IMG/VR virus record: IMGVR_UViG_3300042326_001281
Reading direction: 5' to 3' (one strand)
DNA from: an uncultured virus (IMG/VR IMGVR_UViG_3300042326_001281)
Lineage: Duplodnaviria > Heunggongvirae > Uroviricota > Caudoviricetes
Length of the DNA: 20,000 bases
The first letter of the stretch is position 1, and every line of letters begins with the position of its first letter. A program made the translations under genes and the position numbers. The notes under the pieces were generated by a model that was given only the letters and a program-made list of their open reading frames with translations, had not been told where the DNA came from and searched no databases. This document shows positions 8,027 through 17,580 of this stretch, piece by piece.

Positions 8027-8180
8027 TGAAATACTTTACTTTTTACTGTTTAGTAAAAACTGATAACGGCTATGCATTAAAGCCACATATTAATATGTAC
8101 AATAACATGCTAGAAATAATTAATTGGTAATTATTTTTATGCTGTAGAATAAATAGATGTTGCCGCCCAAGGAGGTCAAT

Positions 8181-8801
8181 ATGACGACAAAAAACCAAAT
8201 TGGTTTGGCAGTAGATTGGATTGCCGCTGCAGTTTTGGCAATTACTTTTATTGCTGCACCAAGCATGGCGTATGCTAAGTCTGCGCCCTTGGCGGAAGGT
8301 ATAGGAAACTTTGCCACCGCTGACGCATTAGAAAGAAAGGCAGTAACAGATAGAAACTGGTCGCTGCCGTCTAAATGTAATGATAAGCAGGCAAAGATTC
8401 TGTTTAAAGCAGGTTTTAATAGACCTGGGATGCTTAGAGGAGCCTGGGCAATTACCTGGCGTGAATCAAAGCATCAGGCACTTGATGAGTCAAGTTTATG
8501 GTATTCAGGTGCCCTGGGTACTTGGCAAATTCAAACGAGTGCTTGGTCAGGAAGATCCTGGTGGTCTAGAGATAATATGCTAGACAAGAAAAAACAATCA
8601 GAAATTGTTAGAAAGCACTTTTTGAATGATGGAATGCATAATTGGGGATACGGTTATTCGTTTAAGAATGATTCATGGTACGAGAATGCAGGAATGTATT
8701 ACTCCCTATGGGGATCTAGCCTGACTTATTCATGGGTTATTGCACCCTTTAATACTGGATGGTCGCTGTTTCCTGGTAAATGCACTCCAAAAAAGGTATA
8801 A
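8181..8801 (+). CDS. Secreted lysozyme-like / SLT transglycosylase-like protein
   Basis: SD AAGGAGG favours ATG 8181; signal peptide ending AYA; 'AWAITWRES', 'ALGTWQI' resemble the catalytic E-S and GxxQ motifs. Confidence 0.65.
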   Translation: MTTKNQIGLAVDWIAAAVLAITFIAAPSMAYAKSAPLAEGIGNFATADALERKAVTDRNWSLPSKCNDKQAKILFKAGFNRPGMLRGAWAITWRESKHQALDESSLWYSGALGTWQIQTSAWSGRSWWSRDNMLDKKKQSEIVRKHFLNDGMHNWGYGYSFKNDSWYENAGMYYSLWGSSLTYSWVIAPFNTGWSLFPGKCTPKKV

Positions 8802-8802
8802 T
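8795..8802 (+). promoter_or_regulatory. -10 element GGTATAAT
   Basis: Overlaps the stop of the upstream gene; the same AAGGTATAAT recurs at 10032-10041. Confidence 0.5.
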
Positions 8803-8814
8803 TTATAGATAGTC

Positions 8815-8865
8815 GGTGTGGCGGGGGAAACACAATAAAATGTGCGGCAACACCCCCGCCACATC
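8815..8865 (+). other. Strong stem-loop (structured leader, small RNA or terminator)
   Basis: GGTGTGGCGGGGG (8815-8827) / CCCCCGCCACATC (8853-8865), 13 bp with one G-U; inner CACA-ATAAAA-TGTG; no U-tract. Confidence 0.65.
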
Positions 8866-8879
8866 ACAACTAATGGAGA

Positions 8880-10040
8880 ATGATGAGAATAGGATTACTA
8901 TCTACTGACTGGGGAGATCATTTAGAAGGTCAGCCTGGAGGTTGTACTAATGTCAGAATGATGATTCCAGGGCTACACCTAAATAAAATAGGTCATGAAG
9001 TTATGGTAGGTGAAATTGGCTGGAAAGATGGAGAAGGTTTTGTCGCAGTAAAACCTATCGAACGGTTAAAAGCAAAGCATAGATCAGTAATCAAAGAATA
9101 CTCATGGGCTTTTGATAAACTAGATGTAGTAGTTCTAAAACTTTTTATGCATAAAGATGCAGTTAAGTATATTGAACTTGCTAAGTCGTATGGTCAAACT
9201 GTAATTATTGACACAGACGATCACTTTGAGAAACTTCCAGAGGATAATTTAGCATTTATTACTACCGATCCTATTAGAAATCCAGATAATAATAGAGAGC
9301 ATCTAATATCAACATATTCAGTTGCAGACGGAATTATTGCTAGCACTAAATTCTTAGAGCAAAGAATGCTTCAGTATAACGATACAGTATATAGAGTAAA
9401 AAACTCTTTAGACCCACAAACTTTTATTTATAGATTAGATACTGCTGGATTTAAGCCTACTATTGGTTGGGTAGGCATTATGATGTGGCGAGTAGATGAT
9501 TTAAAGCATGTCTCTGGACCCATTAAAACCACTATTGAAAAGTATGGTTTAAATTTTCATCATACGGGTATTATGCTAGATAGACCAAAATGGATCGCGG
9601 AAGCCCTCAATATCGACCCTGAAAGAGTCACTGGGTTCACTGGCTCAAGGCCAGAGTATTATGCTAATGTTTTTATGCCAATAGATATTGGCATAGTACC
9701 GTTGAATCCGAATCAGTTTAATGAGGCTAAGAGTAATCTAAAAGGTCTTGAATATGCTCTATCTGGCATACCCTTTGTTGCATCAGATACCCAAGAGTAT
9801 AGAGACTTAGCAGATATGGGGGTTGGAAGAATTGCTAAGTCAAATAAAGATTGGCTTAAACATCTAAAGCAGTTGCTTGATCCAGAAGTTAGAGAAGAGG
9901 AAAGGCAGAACAACTTTAAAATTGCCACACAGAACTTTAATATTTTTACAGTCAAATATCAGTGGTCTGAGGCAATAGAACTTATTCATATGAAAGCACA
10001 AGCCGAAAAAAATAAGAAAATTTCTCTTCTTAAGGTATAA
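8880..10040 (+). CDS. Glycosyltransferase, GT-B fold (GT4-like)
   Basis: 'IIDTDD', 'TIGWVG', 'DIGIVPL...FNEAKSNLKGLEYALSGIPFVAS'. Confidence 0.85.
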   Translation: MMRIGLLSTDWGDHLEGQPGGCTNVRMMIPGLHLNKIGHEVMVGEIGWKDGEGFVAVKPIERLKAKHRSVIKEYSWAFDKLDVVVLKLFMHKDAVKYIELAKSYGQTVIIDTDDHFEKLPEDNLAFITTDPIRNPDNNREHLISTYSVADGIIASTKFLEQRMLQYNDTVYRVKNSLDPQTFIYRLDTAGFKPTIGWVGIMMWRVDDLKHVSGPIKTTIEKYGLNFHHTGIMLDRPKWIAEALNIDPERVTGFTGSRPEYYANVFMPIDIGIVPLNPNQFNEAKSNLKGLEYALSGIPFVASDTQEYRDLADMGVGRIAKSNKDWLKHLKQLLDPEVREEERQNNFKIATQNFNIFTVKYQWSEAIELIHMKAQAEKNKKISLLKV

Positions 10041-10041
10041 T
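10034..10041 (+). promoter_or_regulatory. -10 element GGTATAAT
   Basis: Overlaps the GT stop codon; upstream of SD GGAGG and ATG 10072. Confidence 0.5.
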
Positions 10042-10071
10042 AGATTTAATAAATGCTTGGGAGGCTGATTT

Positions 10072-10551
10072 ATGCCGTATGATATTAGGCAAAACTATCG
10101 TGGTAAATCTGGATATTCTGTTGTAAGTCCAAGTGGGCGAGTGCATGGCACACACCCTTCTCGTAATGCTGCTATTCAGCAGCAACGTGCCCTGTATGCA
10201 GCAGAAGCACAGTCTAAAAAAATGACTAAAATGGAAGATTTATACGAGCAGTTGTCTGAACCAGAAAAAGAGTTCCATGACTCTTTAGTTGCTTTAGCAG
10301 AAAAGTATGGGTCTCTAGATGACGAAAGTACAGGCATTTGGATTGGATATGAACCTCCAGCCCAAAATAAAGATGCATCCATTGGGGTTATGTGTGGCAA
10401 CTGCTCTTTACATTTTGAAAAAGAGGATGGCGGTCTTGGATGTAAGATACTTTCTTATGAAATTCAAGAGATGGGTAAATGTAGATTGGCAGCCATTCCA
10501 CCAGGATATGTAAATGTAGATAAAAATCTTTGGGGCGGCAGATTTATATGA
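10072..10551 (+). CDS. Two-domain protein with C-terminal HiPIP-like 4-Cys domain
   Basis: 'CGNCSLHF...GCKILSYEIQEMGKCRLA' spacing resembles HiPIP; basic N-terminal 'MPY...HPSRNAAIQQQRALYAAE' domain. Confidence 0.6.
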   Translation: MPYDIRQNYRGKSGYSVVSPSGRVHGTHPSRNAAIQQQRALYAAEAQSKKMTKMEDLYEQLSEPEKEFHDSLVALAEKYGSLDDESTGIWIGYEPPAQNKDASIGVMCGNCSLHFEKEDGGLGCKILSYEIQEMGKCRLAAIPPGYVNVDKNLWGGRFI

Positions 10552-11042
10552 AATTTGTATCTCCAATAAATCCAGCAGATCTAACAAATGATCCTATCAT
10601 TAATAATGAAGGAGATATTTATTTTAATTCTTCTAGTTCAACGTTAAGGCTACACTCACAGGGTGTTTGGGTCACTCTATTAGATGAGAATAATCATTTA
10701 ACTCATACTGGAAATATAAGTAAATTAGTTGGAGATAATTCCACAGTATCTTTTTCTGCTACTTTAGATGAAAGTTTTGATAACTCTACAGTTTATGCAA
10801 AGTCTGCCTCCCCGTCTGAGTTTATTATTGGATACCATAAAAACTATCCATATAGACTAGGAACTCAAATTAGAATAGTAAGGGCAGGGAATGGTAGCAT
10901 TACCATAGAGCCACAGACAGCATCAGTAGTAATTCACACTCCTTCACTAAGTTACTTGACATTTATAGGCGATTCAATTAATATTATTAACATAGATGAA
11001 GACGAGTGGATTATAGATGGTCCCTTTAGAGATATTTATTAA
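10548..11042 (+). CDS. Putative virion structural / tail-fibre-like beta protein
   Basis: 'EGDIYFNSSSSTLRLH..GVW' and 'GTQIRIVRAGNGSITI...DEWIIDG' resemble phage fibre modules; ATGA overlap gives start 10548. Confidence 0.5.
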   Translation: MKFVSPINPADLTNDPIINNEGDIYFNSSSSTLRLHSQGVWVTLLDENNHLTHTGNISKLVGDNSTVSFSATLDESFDNSTVYAKSASPSEFIIGYHKNYPYRLGTQIRIVRAGNGSITIEPQTASVVIHTPSLSYLTFIGDSINIINIDEDEWIIDGPFRDIY

Positions 11043-11050
11043 GGAATAAA

Positions 11051-11419
11051 ATGAAAATTCTTGTTTACGGAAATACAAAGTTTTCCGATTATGATACTTT
11101 TACCCGAGCAGTGGTAGTTGCCATTGACCAAAATGTTTCTAATCAAGATAATAAATTAGAGATTTATACTGCGGGTCCATATAAAATTAATCAATTCGCT
11201 GCTGAATTCGTTAATAAGACTGAAGGATTCTTTAAGCAAAAAGGAATCAAGTCCAGGTTCTACCGAGTTTTAAAGAATGATGTTGCAGAAAACTTTGACA
11301 AGTATGATCTAGATAGTGTAGTATATTTATCAACGAAGAGTGATCGTTCAGAAATTTTTGATGTAGTAATTTCTGAGGCAGAGAATAATAATATTCCTGT
11401 AAGTATCTATAAGGTATAG
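11051..11419 (+). CDS. SLOG/YspA-like (DUF2493-like) protein, divergent
   Basis: 'MKILVYGNTKFSDYDTF' N-terminus and 'AENNNIPVSIY' C-terminus. Confidence 0.5.
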   Translation: MKILVYGNTKFSDYDTFTRAVVVAIDQNVSNQDNKLEIYTAGPYKINQFAAEFVNKTEGFFKQKGIKSRFYRVLKNDVAENFDKYDLDSVVYLSTKSDRSEIFDVVISEAENNNIPVSIYKV

Positions 11420-11430
11420 GAGAATCATGA

Positions 11431-11811
11431 GGATTATCAAAGGAGCAGGTCGCCGTATCTAAGCGCGACCAAGCATATCTTTCCGTAGCGTCTTATCTAG
11501 CATCACAGTCACAGTGTAGAATGAAGCATGGATCTGTTATTGTAAAGGGTGGAAGAGTTATTTCTACTGGAGTGAATAAGGAACGAAGTCATCCAAGAAT
11601 TGTTTCTAGCGAGCATATCAAGGATCACTGTTCAGTTCATGCTGAGATTGATGCTATCAAAAAGGCTAGAGATGTAAATGGTGCGACTATTTATATTGCT
11701 AGGGTAAATAAAAGAGGAGAGGCTAGGGATAGCCGCCCATGCAAGAGATGTTTTGAAGTTATTAAAAGCAATGGAATCAAAAAAGTTATCTATACAATGA
11801 GTGAGGAATAA
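11431..11811 (+). CDS. Cytidine/dCMP deaminase-family Zn protein (start unresolved)
   Basis: 'HAE' and 'SRPCKRC' Zn motifs; frame open from 11431 with a plausible helix SKRDQAYLSVASYLASQSQC before ATG 11521. Confidence 0.85.
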   Translation, partial: GLSKEQVAVSKRDQAYLSVASYLASQSQCRMKHGSVIVKGGRVISTGVNKERSHPRIVSSEHIKDHCSVHAEIDAIKKARDVNGATIYIARVNKRGEARDSRPCKRCFEVIKSNGIKKVIYTMSEE

Positions 11812-12029
11812 TGTCACAGACATTTGTAAATTACGAAGCCGCGCATGAGTTAGTAGATTCACACAAGAATCTATTCTGGGACGGTTGGGTTATTGTAGAC
11901 TGGAAGCCACTTAAGGACGGCTTCTATAAGAAAAATGGCATGTTCCGTCATGGAACTTGGGGAGTTGCCAAGAGATACTTCCCAGGTAGTAATGGATGGA
12001 AAGTGCCAAGTAAATATGTGGGTAACTGA
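11811..12029 (+). CDS. Hypothetical Trp-rich phage protein
   Basis: 72 aa; 'LFWDGWVIV', 'NGWKVP'; SD GAGG; TAATG coupling. Confidence 0.75.
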   Translation: MSQTFVNYEAAHELVDSHKNLFWDGWVIVDWKPLKDGFYKKNGMFRHGTWGVAKRYFPGSNGWKVPSKYVGN

Positions 12030-12300
12030 AGCATTATGTGCAGGCACAGACACTGAGGACTATTTTGATAAATATGAGTTGGATCAAGGTCTAGCAAAAG
12101 AAATAGATAGACGGTGTATGTCTTGTCCAGTAATTAAAGAATGCTTTGACTATGGGGTTCAAACGGAATCCTTTGGTGTTTGGGGCGGCGTATTCCTAAA
12201 TGATGGTAAACTAGACAATGTAAGAAATTCACATAAGACCCAAGATGTTTGGGCTAGAATACTTGGTCTGGTATCTGAAGGAGAAGACATTGAAATATGA
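12016..12300 (+). CDS. whiB: WhiB-family Fe-S transcription factor
   Basis: W...ALC...CMSCPVIKEC...FGVWGG: four Cys plus G(V/I)WGG; start at ATG 12016. Confidence 0.92.
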   Translation: MWVTEALCAGTDTEDYFDKYELDQGLAKEIDRRCMSCPVIKECFDYGVQTESFGVWGGVFLNDGKLDNVRNSHKTQDVWARILGLVSEGEDIEI

Positions 12301-12538
12301 CCCACTAGTCTTTAAAATTCTTAAAGAAAATAAACCTCCGTATAATGTCATTATTGATATTGTAGAAATGCCAAATTTTCTTGCCTTAAGAGTTTATGAG
12401 AATGAAATCATGGCTCTATCAAACGAAAAACAAATGATTGTTATGGAACATCTCTTCAAGTTGCGGGGGATAGTAGAACAATTTGGATATGTTTGTGACT
12501 TTCAGGGGGTTCCTGGCGATCCGCCAAGGAGTGTCTAA
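12290..12538 (+). CDS. Hypothetical phage protein
   Basis: SD AAGGAG (12278-12283) favours TTG 12290. Confidence 0.65.
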   Translation: MKYDPLVFKILKENKPPYNVIIDIVEMPNFLALRVYENEIMALSNEKQMIVMEHLFKLRGIVEQFGYVCDFQGVPGDPPRSV

Positions 12539-12708
12539 TGGGACTAATTTGGATAGAATCAGAAGCATGTTGGGGAGAAGTAGTACAAAAACATGCCCTT
12601 TATTCAAAAGTAAAATTTTTTAAAGACGGTCATTACCATGAAGAAATTATAGAAAATGATGACCTTACTGAATTAAGAGAACTTGGGATTGATTATGAAT
12701 CTGACTGA
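12538..12708 (+). CDS. 56 aa hypothetical protein (absent from ORF track)
   Basis: MGLIWIESEACWGEVVQKHALYSKVKFFKDGHYHEEIIENDDLTELRELGIDYESD; SD AAGGAG; TAATG coupling. Confidence 0.7.
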   Translation: MGLIWIESEACWGEVVQKHALYSKVKFFKDGHYHEEIIENDDLTELRELGIDYESD

Positions 12709-12916
12709 AGCCTTGGGTTCCATGGTGTTCTTATTTAAAAAAAGATCTATAGAAGAAATAAAGCAACCACAGGAATATTACTGCTCTAATATTGACTGCA
12801 CAAATGAGATTGCAGACTTTAATCAGTTGTGCCCCCTGCTGACTGAAGAGGCATATAATAATCTTGCAGACTTCTACTGCATAGACTGCATTATTGAGGA
12901 GAAAACAAATGTATGA
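12695..12916 (+). CDS. Small Cys-rich hypothetical protein
   Basis: CSNIDC...CIDC; start uncertain. Confidence 0.55.
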   Translation: MNLTEALGSMVFLFKKRSIEEIKQPQEYYCSNIDCTNEIADFNQLCPLLTEEAYNNLADFYCIDCIIEEKTNV

Positions 12917-13685
12917 TCTTTCAGCCTATGTACACGTTCCAGTTTGTGAACTAGCGGTAAAAGAGGAAGAATCTTTTAATACTTTTAAGAGAGATAGTTA
13001 TTTTACAACTATTTTAGAGCATACGTTAGAAGAGTTTTCTAAACAATTCCTGTCACGGGCTCTTAGTGAATACGCAGATAAAATTAATCTTATTAATTGG
13101 GAAAAGGTGGCGGAGAATGATTTAATAGGATCTCCAGTATTAACAGAATATCCAGAAATTCCTGGTGATAATAAATTATTTTCACCGTCAACCATTGCTT
13201 ATGTCTTTAAAGCACTAGATATTTTACAACATATGAAGGACAGTTCTTTAAATAATATAAATATTTTAGAGATCGGTGCTGGCTATGGCGGTCAATGTAA
13301 GATGATTCTAGACTTTGCCCCGCTATTTGATATCAGTATCAAGTCATATATTCTAGTAGATCTTTACTGGCCTAACGAATTACAGAAAAAATATTTAGAC
13401 TCTCTAGGGTATACCAAAAATATTAAATATATTTCATATGAAAAACTTTCTGACAACCAAGAAGTGCTTCCAGAATTTAATTATTTAATTAGTGTATACG
13501 CATTAGGCGAATTTATGCCAGATGTTCAGCAGTTTTATATTGACAAAATGATTAATTTTCCATATCATTATTTAGTATGGAACACTCCAAATATACATGA
13601 ATCATTCCTTTTATCAGACATAGAAGAGGAGCGTCCAAGAACTGGGCCATATAATGTGGTTATTAAAAGTAAGGTTAAAATATGA
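12909..13685 (+). CDS. SAM-dependent methyltransferase, putative sugar O-methyltransferase
   Basis: '[10 protein letters not shown]', 'YILVDL', 'ISVYALGE'; SD GAGGAG favours ATG 12909; heads the sugar operon. Confidence 0.75.
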   Translation: MYDLSAYVHVPVCELAVKEEESFNTFKRDSYFTTILEHTLEEFSKQFLSRALSEYADKINLINWEKVAENDLIGSPVLTEYPEIPGDNKLFSPSTIAYVFKALDILQHMKDSSLNNINILEIGAGYGGQCKMILDFAPLFDISIKSYILVDLYWPNELQKKYLDSLGYTKNIKYISYEKLSDNQEVLPEFNYLISVYALGEFMPDVQQFYIDKMINFPYHYLVWNTPNIHESFLLSDIEEERPRTGPYNVVIKSKVKI

Positions 13686-14689
13686 AGACAGCATTGATTA
13701 CTGGCATTACTGGTCAGGACGGATCATACCTTGCAGAGTTGCTGCTAGAAAAAGATTATGTTGTTCATGGAATTAAAAGAAGGTCATCATCTATCAATAC
13801 ACATAGAGTAGATCACCTTTACGACCATCCAAACTTTAAACTACATTATGGAGATCTTACAGATTCTCTATCTACTGTGAAATTAATTGGTGAGATTCAG
13901 CCAGACGAAATTTATAATCTTGGCGCTCAAAGTCATGTCCAGGTGTCGTTTGAAACACCAGAGTCTACTGCTAATTCCGATGCCCTAGGTACACTTAGGA
14001 TGCTTGAAGGAATTAGAATGAACTACTTAGATCCAGTTACAAAGTTTTATCAGGCGGCTACGTCAGAATTATATGGATTAGTGCAAGAGGTCCCACAGTC
14101 TGAAACTACCCCCTTCTACCCTAGATCTCCATATGGAGTAGCAAAACTTTATGCTTATTGGATTACTAAGAATTATCGTGAAGCCTATGATATGTTTGCT
14201 TGTAATGGAATTTTGTTTAACCATGAGTCGCCACGCAGAGGCGAGACATTTGTTACCAGAAAGATCGTCTTAGGTCTAAGAGATATTCAGTCGGGTAAGG
14301 CAGATGTTCTTAGACTAGGCAACCTAAATGCATTAAGAGACTGGGGCCATGCCAAAGATTTTGTTAGGGCGATGTGGCTAATGATGCAACAAGATTCGCC
14401 CGACGACTATGTTATTGCTACAGGTGAAGAGTACACAGTCAAGGACTTTGTTGAAAGGTGTGCCCCCTACTTTGGTATGTCTATTGAGTGGCAGGGTGAA
14501 GGATTTAATGAAATAGGAATCGACTCTAAAACTGGTAGAACCGTAGTAGTTGTAGACAAAAAATATATTCGTCCAGCAGAAGTAGATCGACTTCTTGGGG
14601 ATGCTTCTAAAGCACAGAAAGAATTGGGCTGGAGCCCAGAGTACACCTTTGACGATCTAGTAAAGGATATGTGCATTAATGGACTATAA
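13682..14689 (+). CDS. gmd: GDP-mannose 4,6-dehydratase
   Basis: '[16 protein letters not shown]', 'NLGAQSHV', '[13 protein letters not shown]', '[16 protein letters not shown]', 'RDWGHAKD'. Confidence 0.97.
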   Translation: MKTALITGITGQDGSYLAELLLEKDYVVHGIKRRSSSINTHRVDHLYDHPNFKLHYGDLTDSLSTVKLIGEIQPDEIYNLGAQSHVQVSFETPESTANSDALGTLRMLEGIRMNYLDPVTKFYQAATSELYGLVQEVPQSETTPFYPRSPYGVAKLYAYWITKNYREAYDMFACNGILFNHESPRRGETFVTRKIVLGLRDIQSGKADVLRLGNLNALRDWGHAKDFVRAMWLMMQQDSPDDYVIATGEEYTVKDFVERCAPYFGMSIEWQGEGFNEIGIDSKTGRTVVVVDKKYIRPAEVDRLLGDASKAQKELGWSPEYTFDDLVKDMCINGL

Positions 14690-15614
14690 CTCATCTATTT
14701 ATGTAGCAGGTCATAATGGTTTAGTAGGATCTTCTTTAGTTAGAAGATTAAAAATGGTTGGCTATCATAATATTATTACAGCAGATCGTTCTAGATTAGA
14801 TTTGCGTAACCAAATGAGTGTAAAAAGATTCTTTGCTGTTCAAAAACCAGAGTATGTTTTTTTAGCAGCCGCAAAAGTTGGAGGAATTACATATAATCAA
14901 AGTTCTCCAGCGGACTTTATTTATGATAATCTTGCTATACAGAATAACGTTATCCATTCTTCATATGAAAATAAAGTAAAGAAACTTATGTTCCTTGGCT
15001 CCGCGTGTATATATCCTAAAGTTACCCCACAGCCAATAAAAGAAGAATACCTATTGACAGCACCATTAGAAGAAACAAATGAAGGCTATGCATTAGCAAA
15101 AATTGCAGGGCTAAAAATGTGTCAAAGGTACAAAGAGCAATATGGTTTTAACGCTATTTCAGCCATGCCAGCAAACTTATATGGAATCAATGATAATTTT
15201 AATATAAATCAGTGCCATGTTATACCAGCCATGATCTATAAATTTCATGAGGCGCTGTTAAATAATTCAAAGCAAGTTACTTTGTTTGGGGACGGTAGTC
15301 CCACCAGGGAATTCCTACATGTAGATGATCTTTCAGATGCATTAATATTCCTTATGAATAATTATGAAGATTCTTCTCATATTAATATTGGCTCTGGAAA
15401 AGAATACTCTATTAAAGAACTGGCAGATATTATTTCTCGCACAGTTGGATGGAACGGTAATATTATTTGGGACAAAGATAAGCCAAATGGTACTCCACGA
15501 AGAAAACTTGATATATCTAAGTTAAATCATTTAGGGTGGTCTTCATCGATAGATTTAGAAAATGGGATAAACGATACATACGGATGGTTCTTAGAAAATA
15601 ATGACTATTCATAA
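14679..15614 (+). CDS. fcl: GDP-L-fucose synthase
   Basis: '[10 protein letters not shown]', 'LAAAKVGGI', 'LGSACIYPK', 'YALAKIAG', 'MPANLYG', 'HVIPA', 'REFLHVDDL'. Confidence 0.96.
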   Translation: MDYNSSIYVAGHNGLVGSSLVRRLKMVGYHNIITADRSRLDLRNQMSVKRFFAVQKPEYVFLAAAKVGGITYNQSSPADFIYDNLAIQNNVIHSSYENKVKKLMFLGSACIYPKVTPQPIKEEYLLTAPLEETNEGYALAKIAGLKMCQRYKEQYGFNAISAMPANLYGINDNFNINQCHVIPAMIYKFHEALLNNSKQVTLFGDGSPTREFLHVDDLSDALIFLMNNYEDSSHINIGSGKEYSIKELADIISRTVGWNGNIIWDKDKPNGTPRRKLDISKLNHLGWSSSIDLENGINDTYGWFLENNDYS

Positions 15615-16692
15615 GAACATTCCAGTCTACGCTCCATCCATTACTGAACTAGAGAAAAAATATGTTAATGAATGTTTAGAGTCTTCCTGGATATCCTCTC
15701 GCGGCCCGAATGTTGATATGTTTGAACAATTATTTACAGAAAAAATTGGTGTGGAGTATGGAACAACAGTTTCAAATGGTACTGTTGCTTTACATTTAGC
15801 ACTATTAAGTTTAGGCATTGGTCCAGGAGATGAAGTAATTGTTCCAACGTTAACCTATATCGCTCCAGTAAATGCTATAAAGTATGTCGGAGCCACACCA
15901 GTATTTGTAGATTCCTTGTATGATTCATGGCAGATGAACCCAGAAGATATTACTAGAAAGATTACTGATAGAACAAAGGCTATTCTTGCTGTTCATTTAT
16001 ATGGTCATCCATGCGACTTAGATTTAATTAATAAAATTTGTAAAGATAATAATCTATTTCTTGTAGAGGATTGTGCAGAAGCATTTGGGACTATGTTTAG
16101 AAATAAACATGTTGGCACCTTTGGGGACATAGCGACATTTAGTTTTTTTGGAAACAAGACAATAACCACTGGTGAAGGCGGCATGGTGGTTTCAAACAAT
16201 AAGGATTTAATAGACATTTGCTTTCATTTAAAGGGGCAGGGCTTGGCGGAAGGAAAACAATACTGGCACGATGCCATAGGGTATAACTACCGTTTGACCA
16301 ATGTTGCATGTGCTATTGGTATCGCCCAACTACAAAGATCTGATTATTTAATTAACAGGAAGTTAGAAATAGCATCTTTATACAGAGAAGGTTTCTATAA
16401 TACTGGTTATGAATTTCATAGTGAGGCTCCTAATACTAGACACAGTTATTGGATGTGTAGTATATTGGGATCAGAATATAAAGATCGTGATAATCTAATG
16501 AATTATCTAAGTGCAAATAGAATAGAAACTAGGCCAGTATTCTATCCTATTCATACAATGCCTATGTACAATACTCAACAGAGTTTTATGGTTGCAGAAG
16601 ATATTTCTCGCAGAGGATTAAATCTACCTAGTTATCCAGATTTAAGTGATGATGAAGTTAAATATGTTATAGAGAAAGTGTTGTCCCACTAA
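15601..16692 (+). CDS. per: DegT/DnrJ/EryC1/StrS aminotransferase, GDP-perosamine synthase-like
   Basis: 'WISSRG', 'NGTVALHLAL', 'EDCAEAFG', PLP-lysine motif 'SFFGNKTITTGEGG', 'ETRPVFYP'; adjacent to gmd. Confidence 0.85.
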   Translation: MTIHKNIPVYAPSITELEKKYVNECLESSWISSRGPNVDMFEQLFTEKIGVEYGTTVSNGTVALHLALLSLGIGPGDEVIVPTLTYIAPVNAIKYVGATPVFVDSLYDSWQMNPEDITRKITDRTKAILAVHLYGHPCDLDLINKICKDNNLFLVEDCAEAFGTMFRNKHVGTFGDIATFSFFGNKTITTGEGGMVVSNNKDLIDICFHLKGQGLAEGKQYWHDAIGYNYRLTNVACAIGIAQLQRSDYLINRKLEIASLYREGFYNTGYEFHSEAPNTRHSYWMCSILGSEYKDRDNLMNYLSANRIETRPVFYPIHTMPMYNTQQSFMVAEDISRRGLNLPSYPDLSDDEVKYVIEKVLSH

Positions 16693-17279
16693 TGAATTTA
16701 TTTAATTCTGGATTTTATACAGAAAAAGACTTGGTTGACGCAGGATTTAAAAACATTGGAAATAATATTTTAATTGATAAAAACTGCACAATTATCGGAC
16801 TACATAATATATCTATTGGGTCTAATGTAAGAATAGATGCGTATACAACTATAACAGCCTCAGAGGGCGGGGATTTAAGCATAGGATCAAATATTCATAT
16901 CGCAGGATATTGTCTGTTGGCTGCATCAGGTGGTATAATTATGGAAGATTTTTCTGCTATATCTCACGGCACAAAAATATATTCCGCTTCTGATGATTAT
17001 TCTGGCGGGTATTTAACAAATGCTGTGATCCCAGATAAGTATAAAAATGTTAAACGTGGACTGGTAACATTAAAAAAGCATTCTTTAATAGGATCTAGTT
17101 CAGTTTTATTACCAGGAATAGTAGTCGGTGAAGGGACCACTGTAGGAGCCATGTCTTTAGTATCTAAAAATTTAGATGATTGGTCGGTGTATGCAGGAAT
17201 CCCTGCTAAAAAAATAAAAGACAGGCCAAGAGATTTGTTAGGACTTGAACAAGAATATGTGAGGGAGAGCGGTGTCTGA
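16692..17279 (+). CDS. Hexapeptide-repeat (left-handed beta-helix) sugar acyltransferase
   Basis: Repeats IGNNIL/IGSNVR/IGSNIH, 'SASDDYSG', 'YAGIPAKKIKDR'; VioB/WcaF-like. Confidence 0.85.
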   Translation: MNLFNSGFYTEKDLVDAGFKNIGNNILIDKNCTIIGLHNISIGSNVRIDAYTTITASEGGDLSIGSNIHIAGYCLLAASGGIIMEDFSAISHGTKIYSASDDYSGGYLTNAVIPDKYKNVKRGLVTLKKHSLIGSSSVLLPGIVVGEGTTVGAMSLVSKNLDDWSVYAGIPAKKIKDRPRDLLGLEQEYVRESGV

Positions 17280-17580
17280 TACCCTTGGATCTTTAATTGA
17301 TAAATTAAATACCATTGATTTAAAAATGTGGAACAATCAAGAACTCCTCTATGAGATTAGAAGAATGTCATTCGATGAATATAAAGAAAAATACTTTTCA
17401 GACACGGCGGGAGCAGAACTATTGTGGGACTCCTTGAAAAAAGCCTGTGATTTAAATGTCCAGAGGAACCAACTAATTGATGAGATAGATGAAAAAATTG
17501 TAGAAATTGTTCAAGCATCTATGTCTGGGCTAGATTTAGATAATGGAAAATTTATACAAAGAAAGCATAAAACATACTGA
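17272..17580 (+). CDS. DUF4254-like helical protein
   Basis: 'TLGSLIDKL..IDLKMW..QE', 'LNVQRNQLIDEID'. Confidence 0.55.
   Translation: MSDTLGSLIDKLNTIDLKMWNNQELLYEIRRMSFDEYKEKYFSDTAGAELLWDSLKKACDLNVQRNQLIDEIDEKIVEIVQASMSGLDLDNGKFIQRKHKTY

Noticed and set aside
8027..8180. c-di-AMP (ydaO) riboswitch upstream of the muralytic-like gene
   Set aside because: Region is very AT-rich with no recognisable conserved helices; only promoter-like motifs seen
8193..8207. Palindrome AAACCA-AAT-TGGTTT
   Set aside because: Short, AT-rich, inside a coding region, single occurrence; likely chance
11935..12015. N-terminal extension of WhiB given by the ORF track
   Set aside because: Overlaps the upstream gene extensively; the WhiB domain starts naturally at ATG 12016
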